64,000 nt of DNA, taken from positions 310,001-374,000 of the forward strand of contig NW_013657671.1 in NCBI RefSeq assembly GCF_000142905.1, in the 5' to 3' direction. The notes below the pieces were generated by a model that did not search any database, was not told the DNA's origin, and was given only the letters and a program-made list of their open reading frames with translations. The position numbers were made by a program, and so were the translations under genes. The DNA is from Thecamonas trahens ATCC 50062 (Eukaryota > Protista > Apusomonadida). The first letter of the stretch is position 1; each line of letters opens with the position of its first letter. Shown here in pieces: positions 44,303 through 54,604 of the stretch.

Positions 44303-46046
44303 CTACTCCTTGGGCGTCCGCGGCTTGCGCTTGTGCTTGGACTTTTTCACCTTGCGTCGCCGCGAGCTCGACGGTGAGTCGGCCATGGCCGACGACGACG
44401 CCGCCGGCGAGTCGGCCGCAGGCGTCGCGTAGCTTGCCGGAGTGCTCGGTGCTGGCGTCACTGCAGCCGATGACGCGGAAGACGCCGTCGGTGCTAGCGG
44501 AAGCGCCTTGCGGGTGCGTTTGGACGGCGACGCGCTCTTGTTTGACTTGTGCGACTTGTTCGACTTGCGAGCAGAGCTCGAGGCAGGTGACTGGCGGGTC
44601 TGGCTCGCCACTGGCGACGAGACGGTCTTGGGGGCCGGGCTCGCGCTTGAGACTGGCTTGGGCGTCGAAGCCTCGAAGCCGCGGCGCTTGACGGAGGCCT
44701 CGCGCCCGTAACGCTCCTCCACGATCTTATACAGGCCCTTGTAGATGCGCCACGAGTAGACGTAGAACTTGGTAAAGCGGGTAAAGAGGTAGAGAGTGAT
44801 GGTGAACATGACAAAGCGGAACGGCACAATGGACCACAGGACGGTGAGAATGGCCACGCCGATCCACACGTACTTGGTTGTTGCAGGGTAACGCCAGTTG
44901 AACAGGTCCTTGTTGCCCTGGATCCACACGTTGGTGTCGCCGATCGAGTTCTGAATGACCTGCATCTGCGACTTGTAGTACGAGATGCCGAGGAAGCCCA
45001 TGTCGACCTGCTGCTCACCCTCCTGCACGGCAAACGTGTAGTCGTCGTCGTCGGCCGATGTCAGCTTGCCGCCGACCTCGATGTAGTTCCACGACATGTA
45101 CGCGAGGAGGTACAGCGGAATGAGCGTCGGAATGAGCCAGTTGTTGAGCGAAATGAACGAGTACACCAGGAGCATGGTGAACGATGCCGACGCGTCCTTC
45201 CACATCCAGTAGTCCCACTGCCGGTAGTACCAGTTGATGAGCGGCTCGAGGAGGCCATACAGCACTGTGATGTTGCCGATCAGCACCGACATTGAGAACT
45301 CGGCAGCCTTCTTCTCGCCCTTGACCGCGTACACATCCACTTCCTCGTTGAGAAAGTATGCTGCAACCTCAGAAACACGCGAGTACGTGTACTCGATCCG
45401 CAGGTGGATAGAGCCGGTGATCTCCTTGCCCTCGGCCCGCCCCACCTGGGCTCCCTCCACGCCAGCCATCCGATCCTTGAGCGACCACCACGCGTCGCGC
45501 TTGGATCCGTTCTCTAGCTCCTCCAGCGAAATCTCCACCTGCCCGAGAAACACGTCCTTCTCCATCTTGTTCTTGTCAAACACGTCGACAAAGATCTTGG
45601 CCTTGCGCGACCGGACCTCAAAGAAGAACGGCTCCTGCTTCTTCCACACCGGATTGTTCGAGTCGGACACTGTGTACGTTGACTCCCACTTGTCCGCAAA
45701 CGTCACCACCACATATGGATCCGACTGGCTCCACCGATCCGCTTGCATCAGATCCCTTGCCTCCACCACTATCCGTCCCAACGGGCAGCACACACACAGA
45801 CGCACACATCGCCAGCCCCCCGTCCCCACCCCAGCAAGCAGTTCACCATCCCCATCATCCCCCGCATCCAGCCCATACACACCATTGTTTCCAAGATAAC
45901 CAACCAGTGAGTCAGCCCAGAACCACCGCACCCTTGTCGAGGCCCCAGCCCCCTCCCCCTCCCCCCCCCCCCCCCTCCCCCCCCACCCCGCACAACATAC
46001 CCTGCACCTCGAGCTTGCCCACATCTATCTGCGACGCGTCTTCCAT
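44303..46046 (-). CDS. C2-domain plus C-terminal transmembrane protein (MCTP-like)
   Basis: Intron GTATGT 46000..45769 TAG gives KLEVQVVEARDL..SDPYVVV..NPVW..VFDK..DVFLG. The TM region resembles the MCTP/PRT_C type (QVIQN..LFNW..T). Confidence 0.8.
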
Positions 46047-46867
46047 ACTACGCTCGGCTGCGGGAACAGAAGCCTGTTCGACAACGTCGTAGTGGAGTGT
46101 GGCGACTAAAGACAAAGCATAGCCGTTGCTGTTGGCCTTGGCCTGGTCGACGGCGGCCAGTGTGACCAGTGCGGCGAGAGGCGCCGCTCCGCACTCGTTG
46201 TGACGTTTGTCGTTGCCAGCAACACTTTCTCCCTCAAGCCCAGCTGCAATTCGGTCCAGTACTTGCAGCGGCTCTCTTGGGTGACGTTTTCATCATCTGA
46301 ATTATATCACCAGAGATACCAGTAGTACACACTCAATTTCATCATACATGCCTATTGCGAGTACCATCGGTAGCTTGTGTGCCACAGAGGAGAGCTGTAA
46401 AAGGAGACGGATGAGCCGCAAACAAAGGGCAGGCGACAGTTCATATTTTTTTTTCATTGCAGAGATTGAAGGAAAGGAGGGGCGGGCTGCAAACGGCCAA
46501 AAAGATCAAGGTAGTGCGACATGATCCGCCACGTTGGGCCGACAACGCCACCACCTCACCCCGCCTGGCGGTGCCTACTATCGGCAGACAACAGCAGGCG
46601 TGCGGTCCTTGGAGCTCCGCAACGTTAGCAGGTCTCCACTTTTATCTCGCTGTCTTTCTTGTTGTTGTGACAAGGCCAACCCCTTTGCTTACGCCCCTCC
46701 TCGCCCCCCCCCTCGCCGCCTTTGTTGCCGAGCCCGTGTTCGGCGGCCTTCCTTGAGTCGGCGTGTGCCTCCACCGCCCGCGACCGACCCGTATCCCCCC
46801 CCCATTTCCCCCTCCCCCCTGCCTTTGTTCCTGGGTAGTGTAACGACCAGGTATGGTTGTTGTGACC

Positions 46868-48943
46868 ATGGAGCGACCGCAGGCCGTTCCACACGGCGGG
46901 GCAGCAGCCATGGAGGTGACCAAGAGCCACCCGAGCTCGCCAGACAAGAACCAGCGCAAGCGCAAGCGAGCCGAGCCACAGCCTGCTGCCGGCGACGGCG
47001 ATGCGGGGCGTGGACCGCGGCCCGGTGGCGGAAAGGCGAACAAGCACCTGGCTGGGACCGAGCAGGGTGCAGTGCTTGCCGCCGAGGGCTCGACTCGGCG
47101 CAAGCGACGCAAGAAGGTCAAGTCGAAGGAGTTCAACATGCAAGAGCCGCAAAAGACGCCGCAGCTGAGATTCTGCTTTGAGCTCCTCCTCCGGCTCATC
47201 AACCACAAGTTCTCTGCGCCGTTCCGGGCGCCGGTCGATCCGGTGGCGCTCGGCCTTGACGATTACTTTGACGTCATCGACGAGCCGATGGACCTCGGGT
47301 CGATTCGGACCAAGATCTCCAACCTCGGCTACAGCCACGAGTCGAGTTTTATCCGCGATGTCCGGCTGGTCTTTTCCAACTGCATCCGGTACAACTCGCT
47401 CAACTCGGACGTCGGGTTTATGGCCCAGGAGCTGTCAAATCTGTTTGAGGACCAGCTGGCGCGCATGCCATGCCGCAAGTCGGGCAATCGGTATGTGCCC
47501 AAGGTTGTGACGGCGCGCAAGGGCGGTGCGGCGGCACCTGCGGCAGCCGCCGGACCCAAGGCAGCCGCTAGCAGCACCGCACCGCCTCCGACGGTCGCGT
47601 CCGCTCCCGCCGCCACAGCTCCGGCAGCTCGCGAGGCCGCCGAAGTCGCGGCTGTGACCCCGACCCGTCTCCGCCTGGACACGTCGCTGACAACAACGCG
47701 CGGGCGTGTTGCATCAAAGCACACCTCGCCGCCAAGCACTCCGCTGCCGCGTGCAGTTAACCCGCTCTCGCCGCCCGACAGCAAGGCAAAGGCTGCGGCC
47801 GGCGGCAAGGGCAGTCGGGAGCCGGACGCACCCAGCGCCGCCCGCTCACTCGACCTCGACGTCACCGCCACTGTGGATGAGGCGTCGAAAGCGAGCACGC
47901 ACAAGGAGGTGGCCAAAGGGAAGGGCAGCAAGGGCAGCAAGGGCAGCAAGGGCAGCAAGGGCAGCAAGGGCAGCAAGGGCAGCAAGGGCAAGTCGAGCAC
48001 AGGCAAGGGCAAGGCCAAGGGAAAGGACGCTACTGGCAGCGAGCAAGATGCGGCCGAGGAAGGCGCAAGCGGCGAAAAGGCGGAGACGCCCAAGGCCGTG
48101 GCAGCGCCCGAGACCGCACCGGGCGACGCGGCTGCGTCGCCGAGCGTCCACGAGCGTCTGGACTGGCGCGACTGGGCCGAGCTGGCACATCAGGCGCTGC
48201 TCGAGTATCCGAGCCTCGCCTTTCAGGCAGGTACCATCCTTGAGATTATCAACAGGGTTTCCGAGGTCGAGATCGAGACCTCGGGCTCGCCGTCGGCGGA
48301 GCACGAGGCTATCAAGCAGCTCACGCTTGCGCTGCTGAAGGAGATTTCCGCGTCGGGTCGCAACGCGCGGTTTGTTCACGACTCGCGCAATGGCCTCTTC
48401 CGGCTCAATCCGCATGTCGAGCACATTCGCACATCGCGGCTCCACGCAGATGCCTGCGCAGTCTGCTCCGACATTGGTGACCTCATCTGCTGCGACTCGT
48501 GCCCGCGGGTGTACCACGCCGACTGCGTCGGCTCGCGCGCGCCGCCGATCGACGCCGCCGTCTGGCACTGCCCCGAGTGCGACTTTCTATCCGGTTTCCA
48601 GGCCCACCAGTTGGCCGGCCTGACCATGGCGTCGCCGGCCTCGGCCGTCCCACTCGACCGCCTCGACTCGCACTCGATGTCGCCCATGTCGCCGATGGAC
48701 ACGGCACCGTCATACCCGGTCGGCTCGCCGCTCCACGTTCTCAACTCGGCCGCGGTCAACATTGACGACGACGTCGTCGACGTCGACGACGACGTCATTC
48801 CGGCAATCAGCCTCGACAACTACGCGCACGTCCCTGCCCTCCCATTCGCCGACATCTCGGCGTTGTCGCCCTCGCCCTCGGCTTCGCGTATGCTCCGCCG
48901 CTTCCAGCCGTTTGTGCCCTCACCGCCCGAATGGTCACTGTGA
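46868..48943 (+). CDS. Chromatin reader: bromodomain + HARE-HTH + PHD finger
   Basis: Bromodomain: APFRAPVDPVALGLDDYFDVIDEPMDL..NCIRYN. HARE-HTH-like: WAELAHQALLEY..ILEII..RF..GLFRL. PHD: CAVC..LICCDSCPRVYH.DC..WHCPEC. Confidence 0.88.
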   Translation: MERPQAVPHGGAAAMEVTKSHPSSPDKNQRKRKRAEPQPAAGDGDAGRGPRPGGGKANKHLAGTEQGAVLAAEGSTRRKRRKKVKSKEFNMQEPQKTPQLRFCFELLLRLINHKFSAPFRAPVDPVALGLDDYFDVIDEPMDLGSIRTKISNLGYSHESSFIRDVRLVFSNCIRYNSLNSDVGFMAQELSNLFEDQLARMPCRKSGNRYVPKVVTARKGGAAAPAAAAGPKAAASSTAPPPTVASAPAATAPAAREAAEVAAVTPTRLRLDTSLTTTRGRVASKHTSPPSTPLPRAVNPLSPPDSKAKAAAGGKGSREPDAPSAARSLDLDVTATVDEASKASTHKEVAKGKGSKGSKGSKGSKGSKGSKGSKGKSSTGKGKAKGKDATGSEQDAAEEGASGEKAETPKAVAAPETAPGDAAASPSVHERLDWRDWAELAHQALLEYPSLAFQAGTILEIINRVSEVEIETSGSPSAEHEAIKQLTLALLKEISASGRNARFVHDSRNGLFRLNPHVEHIRTSRLHADACAVCSDIGDLICCDSCPRVYHADCVGSRAPPIDAAVWHCPECDFLSGFQAHQLAGLTMASPASAVPLDRLDSHSMSPMSPMDTAPSYPVGSPLHVLNSAAVNIDDDVVDVDDDVIPAISLDNYAHVPALPFADISALSPSPSASRMLRRFQPFVPSPPEWSL
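47921..47983 (+). repeat. Coding tandem repeat (AAGGGCAGC)7 encoding (KGS)7
   Basis: Seven perfect 9-bp copies read directly from the sequence. Confidence 0.95.
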
Positions 48944-49116
48944 TGCCAGCCCTTGATGAATTCAATCACCAGAGCAATTAGCAGGTAGTTCCAGCATCGC
49001 GTGTAACGCCAGCCTGTCACGCCGAGCCCATCTCCCCTCAAACTCCCCCACCCCCAACTTGCACGTACCGTTGCTCGTAACCGAGGCACCTGTCTCTCAC
49101 ACTCATCTCTACCGTG

Positions 49117-50166
49117 ATGCACTCAGTGTCTTCGTACTACTCATCGTACTACTACTCGGACGACGAGGGAGCCAAGTCGCCTTCGCCACGGGCCGGGCGG
49201 CGGAGTCGCGATGCGGCGAAACCATCCCGGGAGGAGGGACGGGTGAACAAGGCGAGCAAGACGAGCAAGACCACCACGGGAGGGAGCAAGACGGCAATGG
49301 CCGGTACAGGTGGTGCGGATGGGAATGCGGGTATCTCTACGGCGGAAAAGTACCGCAAGGCACGGGCAGCGCATGCAAGTGGCGACGTGGAGGCCATGCG
49401 GGCGGCGCACGCAGCGCATGTTGAGAATCACGCCGAGGCCGGATCGTACGTCAAGGCGCTGGTCTTTGGTGGGCTGGATGGCATCGTGACCACGTTTGCT
49501 GTTGTGGCAGGCGTGGCTGGCGCCAACCTCTCGACCGGCATTGTCCTCGTTCTTGGCCTCGCCAACCTCATCGCCGATGGCCTCTCGATGGGCGTCGGTG
49601 AGTTTGTGTCGGGCAAGGCCGAGCTGGAGTTCATGCGGTCGGAGCGCAAGCGCGAGGAGTGGGAGGTCGACCACGCCATCGAGCATGAAAAGCAGGAGAT
49701 GGTTGAACTGTACACAGCCAAAGGCATGACCGAAGACGACGCCGTCACTGTGGTCGACATCATCTCCAAGGATCCCAAGCTCTTTGTCGACATCATGATG
49801 GTCGAGGAGCTCGGCCTCAACCCAGACGACGAGAACGAGTCGCCGGCCAAGCAAGGCCTTGTCATGTTCTTCTCGTTCCTCATCTTTGGTGCCGTCCCGC
49901 TCGTCGCATACATTGTCTCGCGCCTTGCCGGCGTCGGCGGCAAGGGCGGCGTCGACGCCAACTTTGCTGTCTCGTGTGCCATGACCGCCGTCACCCTCTT
50001 CATCCTCGGTGCATTCAAGCAGCACATCTCCATGCACGGCAAGATTGGCTCCATCATCAAGGGCGGCCTCATCATGGTTCTCAACGGTGGTGTCTCGGCC
50101 TCGGCTGCGTTCTTCGTCGGTCTCTTCCTCCGCTTCCTCATCGAGGAGGATTCGGACGCCGCCTAA
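49117..50166 (+). CDS. VIT1: VIT1/CCC1 vacuolar Fe/Mn transporter
   Basis: VFGGLDGIVTTFAVVAG, GLANLIADGLSMGVGEFVS, ERKREEWE and MMVEELG. Confidence 0.93.
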   Translation: MHSVSSYYSSYYYSDDEGAKSPSPRAGRRSRDAAKPSREEGRVNKASKTSKTTTGGSKTAMAGTGGADGNAGISTAEKYRKARAAHASGDVEAMRAAHAAHVENHAEAGSYVKALVFGGLDGIVTTFAVVAGVAGANLSTGIVLVLGLANLIADGLSMGVGEFVSGKAELEFMRSERKREEWEVDHAIEHEKQEMVELYTAKGMTEDDAVTVVDIISKDPKLFVDIMMVEELGLNPDDENESPAKQGLVMFFSFLIFGAVPLVAYIVSRLAGVGGKGGVDANFAVSCAMTAVTLFILGAFKQHISMHGKIGSIIKGGLIMVLNGGVSASAAFFVGLFLRFLIEEDSDAA

Positions 50167-50370
50167 CTCTATTCTCAGTCCCATCAGTCGTGGCTTGGAT
50201 TTCTTAGTCTCATGCTACCATTATCAATGTCATACACCCAAGCTTCAATCCAATTTCTCGCATGTCTGGCGATCTGTTGGCGAAGCTGTCCGGGGGGGGG
50301 GGGGGAGGGCGACGCTCGCACCGACGTTTACTTCGTCGTCGGACGGAGCGGCAGGGTGCCTGCGGAGTGG

Positions 50371-51952
50371 TCAGATGTCGTGCAGTGGATCAAAGGTTGT
50401 CTCCGAGTCGAGCGAGTCTGTTGCCGAGTCGGTGGACGACGACGCCGCGGCTGTGTCCGACGACGACGATGAGGGGCCGTCGTAGAGGAAGCGCTCGCCA
50501 AGGATGGCCTGTGCGGCGGACTCTGTGGCGTTGAATAGATCGACGTAGTCGTAGGGCACGTCATGCTTGAACCAGTAGTTGAGGGCGATGCACTTGCCCT
50601 CGGCATCGACAGACTGAGAGACCTGATGGTACCAGTGTGTAGGGAGGAAGAGCATGTCGCCCTCCTCCAGAGTGACGTCAATGGGTGCGGCGTACTTGAA
50701 GAGGGGGTGGCGGGCATAGTCCGGCGAGAGTGGGTCGACAGCGATCCAGTTCTGGTGCTTGATGGGCGCGACCTCGTCGATGAACCACTCGCCGTCGGGC
50801 GACTTGTCGAAGAAGGCCTTGCGGAATCGAGCTTCGTAGAGAAAGATGGAGGAGAGCGGCGAGTAGAGGCGGAACGACTTTTGGCCGCGGACAACTAGAT
50901 ACAGGTTGTCCATGTAGTCGTTGTGGAGTGGCGAAAAGCAGCCCTCGCCGCCCATCCACAGATTGACCGAGTCGATGGCGGCGGGGAAGAAGCCAAAGCC
51001 GCGCATGTCGACGTCGCCCTTGAGCTCTGGGAATTGCTTGGTAAAGTTGTTCTCATTGGACGAGACGTAGTACTTGTCTGGAAGGGCAGAGTTTGCGTGG
51101 CCGTTGGTCTTGGACGCCTTTGCGGACTTCTTCCTGTTCTTCTGGGCCTTGATCTTGGACGCCTTGGCAGTCTTCCTCTTGCTCTTCTTCTGGGCCTTGG
51201 CCTTGGACTTGGACTTGGACTTGGCAGAGTCGGCCTCAGAGTGGAGAAGGGAGATGAGGTCTGTGACGCGCATAGTGACGAGCTTGGGATCGACGTGATG
51301 GCCACCAACGATGGTGCCTGAGCCAGCCGAGTACGGCATGACGTTGACGTTGATCTTGCGCTTGCCGATGGCGTCGTCAAGGTAGTCAAGATCCCACTTT
51401 GCGCGAGCCGGCCAGTGCTCTGCGGCGCCGCGGATGATGACGGGCCTATTGTGGGCGACGTACTTGCGCATAAAGGTGGACGCCGATGGCGGCGAGATGA
51501 CCTTGACCTTGCGCGGGATGGGACCATGCCGACGCTCAAACTCTGCCACAGCCGCCTTTTGAACCTTGAGCGCTGCACGAGCTGCCGCAAACCTTCTAGC
51601 CTCTGAGCGTGGTGCGATACCCGGCGGGTAATCTGCGCCCCATGATGCCGGTTGCGGGAGCGGGTCCGACGGCGGCGACCTGGAGGGAGGGGGGTGGGTG
51701 GGGGGTGGGGGGGGGGGGGGGTGAGTATGAGTGGAAGGAGAGGAGGGGAGGGGAGGGAGGGGAGGGGAGAGAGAGAGAGTGTGTGTGTATGTGTGCGTAC
51801 ATTGAGAATGAGGGTGTGGATGTGGAGGGGATGGAGACGGAGGACGGCAGTGACAGCGAGTATGAGGAGGAGGAGGAGGAGGGTGAGGAGGGTGAGGAGG
51901 AGCCACTGTGGGAGGAGGATGAGGATGAGGATGAGGATGAAGACGAGGACAT
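50371..51952 (-). CDS. JMJD7: JmjC-only hydroxylase (JMJD7-like)
   Basis: Ser-rich exon 1 51952..51801 and phase-consistent intron GTACGC 51800..51680 CAG. Motifs NRPVIIRGA..WPA..KW, NLWMG, LHNDYMDNLY and LFLPTHWYHQV supply the HxD...H triad. Confidence 0.75.
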
Positions 51953-52254
51953 GGTTGAGGGTGTGGAAGGTGTGGTGGGATGAAAGTGGGGATGGATGTG
52001 GGGATGGTGGAGTGGGTGGGCGGGAGAGGGGTAGTGATGGTGGTGAGGGTGAAGGTGAGCAGGTGAGGCGGTGTGGCGTGGTGACACGCAGGCAAGCTGA
52101 GGCCGACCGAGGCCGACCGGGGCCAAGACCGACCGAGGCCAACAGCGAGGGGATAGGGAACGGATGGGGTGGATCGGGCGGCGGGGCACTGAGCGACTTT
52201 ACTGATGGCATCGCGTTGTGATGGGATGGCGGGCGAAGAGGTGTGTGGAGGCGA

Positions 52255-53937
52255 CTACGGCTTGAGGATGATGTCCATAAAGCCGGTGAGGAGCTCATCG
52301 ACGACAGTGCGGTCCGGAATGGTGCCGGCCATGCCGTAGATGCCGGCCATGCCCTCAGAGGCACGCTCGGGATGAGCGCGGGCTTCGGCGACAGATTCAC
52401 GGAGGTCAGCAAGCATGGGCTCAACGAGGTCGGTCTGCCGACCGCCAATCATCCAGTGGACGCAAGTCGGCTTGATGAGGCGGGTGAGATCCCATTTGCG
52501 AGCAGTCATCTCGTCAGCAACCTGCAGGATGTTGACGGCTGGATCATCAGAGTCAAAGGCGATGACGGCGGCGTCAGGCTCGCCGAGGACACGAAGACCG
52601 TCGATGGCGTTGATGCCGTCGACGAGGGCCTCAAAAGCGTCGTGAATCTCGTTGGCGGCGGCGACGTAGCCGTCCCAGCCCTGGGCCACCATGGCGGCCC
52701 AGGCGGCGGCGATGGTGCCGCCAGGGCGCGAGCCGGCAAACGACGGCGAGCAGTAGAGGCCGCCGGGCCACGTCGTGGCCTGGAAGTACTGGTGCTTGCG
52801 AATCTCCGGCGAGGCATAGAGGATGACCGAGGCGCCCTTGTGGGCACAACCGTACTTGTGCAGGTCGGCAGACATGGAGGTGACGCCGGGGACGGAAAAG
52901 TCAAAGTTGGGGCCGAGGCGGCCCTCGGCCTTGAGGAACGGCAGCAGGTAGCCGCCGAGGCATGTGTCGACATGCAGCGGGATGCCGCGGTCGGCAGCAA
53001 TGGCCGCCATCTCCTCGACAGGATCGATGACACCGTGCGGGTAGCCCGGCGCCGAGGCGACTGCCATGATGGTGTTCGACGAGAGAGCAGCGGCAAAGGC
53101 CGAGACGTCAGCGCGAAAGTCGGGGCCGAGCGGGACAACGACCAGTTTGACGCCGAGCAGGTGCGCGCCCTTGTTGAGAGCCGGGTGGGCTGAGAGCGGA
53201 ATAACCAGCTCGGGCGCAGTGATGCCGCGGGTGGCGAGCGCCATGTCGCGGTACGTCTTGATGGCCATGATGAGTGACTCGGTTCCGCCCGAAGTCATGG
53301 TCCCGCACGCCTCGGGCCCGCCGCACATCATCGAAGCCGACATGGCAACAACCTCGGCCTCAAACTTGCGGAGGCCGGGGAAGAGCATCGGGTACAGCGC
53401 GTTCGAGTAGGTAAAGGCCTGATAGGCGGCCATGGTGGCTTTGGAGACCTTGCCGCCGGCCTCGTGGTAGATGCCGCCAAACGCCTTCTTGCCCTCGTAC
53501 ATCTTCTGCTCACTGGTGAGCACAGCCATGGTACTCTCGATCTCGGCCAGCGGCAGCCCGCTCGGAGGCAGCGAGGTGTAGACCGGAAGCGCCTGCATGG
53601 CGTCCGAGGTCTCGCCGAGAACCACAGCCTCGATCTCCTTGAGTGTCTTGGCCTGCTCGGCTGCAACGACGCCAGCAAGGCCCGGCATGCCGCGGACCGA
53701 CCGCAGCACTGCACCAAGTGCCGCAGACCGGGCATCGGCATTAGTTGCGAGTCGCACAAGCTGGCGGAGGAGGCGGAAGAAAAACAGAGCGAGCAGCACG
53801 CGTTGCAGGCCCACCACCACAGGCTGGGCGAGGGCCCAGGCGAGCCAGGTACACGCCACGCCTGCAACCGGGTGGGCGTGGAGTGCCTCCCAGGAAGAGC
53901 TGAGGGTCGAGCTGAGGGTCGAAGCCACGGTTTCCAT
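52255..53937 (-). CDS. SGPL1: Sphingosine-1-phosphate lyase
   Basis: N-terminal TM, FPGLRKFEAEVV, TSGGTES, HVDTCLGG, PLP lysine motif SADLHKYG and WPGGLY.SP..AGSRPG. Confidence 0.93.
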   Translation of the reverse strand: METVASTLSSTLSSSWEALHAHPVAGVACTWLAWALAQPVVVGLQRVLLALFFFRLLRQLVRLATNADARSAALGAVLRSVRGMPGLAGVVAAEQAKTLKEIEAVVLGETSDAMQALPVYTSLPPSGLPLAEIESTMAVLTSEQKMYEGKKAFGGIYHEAGGKVSKATMAAYQAFTYSNALYPMLFPGLRKFEAEVVAMSASMMCGGPEACGTMTSGGTESLIMAIKTYRDMALATRGITAPELVIPLSAHPALNKGAHLLGVKLVVVPLGPDFRADVSAFAAALSSNTIMAVASAPGYPHGVIDPVEEMAAIAADRGIPLHVDTCLGGYLLPFLKAEGRLGPNFDFSVPGVTSMSADLHKYGCAHKGASVILYASPEIRKHQYFQATTWPGGLYCSPSFAGSRPGGTIAAAWAAMVAQGWDGYVAAANEIHDAFEALVDGINAIDGLRVLGEPDAAVIAFDSDDPAVNILQVADEMTARKWDLTRLIKPTCVHWMIGGRQTDLVEPMLADLRESVAEARAHPERASEGMAGIYGMAGTIPDRTVVDELLTGFMDIILKP

Positions 53938-54151
53938 GTTACAGGTCGAGGAGTGGGATGTGCGGAGTGTGGGGCTGGGCGTGAGCGTGCGGGTGCTGCC
54001 CCCTCCCCTCCCCCCGCCACTTTGGCTGCGTCAGCAAGCAGTGAGCGGAGGCGCGCGGAGACAATTCTTTTTCTTTGGGGGGGGGGGGGGGGCGAGGATG
54101 GGGGGGAAGGAGGGAGGTTGGGTGGGAAAGGGGAGGGGGGGGGGGTCAAGC

Positions 54152-54398
54152 TATGAAACAGCCCACCACATCCCCCTACATCCCCCTTTCGACTACATAT
54201 ATGTAGTGGCTAGGGGGATGTGGTGGGCTGCTTCAAGCCAGCGGGGGAGGGGATAGGGCTGGAGGGCAAGGACGCAATGCGATCAGTACATGTGGGTGAA
54301 GTTGTGGTGGCGGACGGTAAGGTGGTTGCGGTAGTGGGGAGATTGTATGTTGAAACAATATGTAGTCGCTAAGGGGGGCAGTGGTGGGCTGTTTCATA
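54152..54398. mobile_element. MITE-like element with terminal inverted repeats and a nested palindrome
   Basis: TATGAAACAGCCCACCAC (54152-54169) is the perfect reverse complement of GTGGTGGGCTGTTTCATA (54381-54398). The match extends imperfectly to about 40 bp, there is TA at both ends, and a third arm copy sits at about 54199-54235. Confidence 0.55.
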
Positions 54399-54604
54399 CG
54401 TGGCTAACGAGGTCAGTTGCACTTTGTGCTGCACAATTTGGTGTTGCAGTTGCAGTTTCCTTGTCATTTTTTGGAAAGGGCACACACCTCCATAAAACCG
54501 AGCCTGTCCAGGTTGCCGTGGTGGGCAAGGCGCGGGGCATCACTCATCTCGAAGCTCAAGAAGGAGAAAGACCAATTGCGTAGCCTGACGGTAGGAGAAG
54601 AGCC

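Noticed and set aside
51609-51983. Highly acidic + strand ORF (EDEDEDE...)
   Set aside because: It is the antisense reading of the Ser-rich first exon and intron of the JmjC gene.
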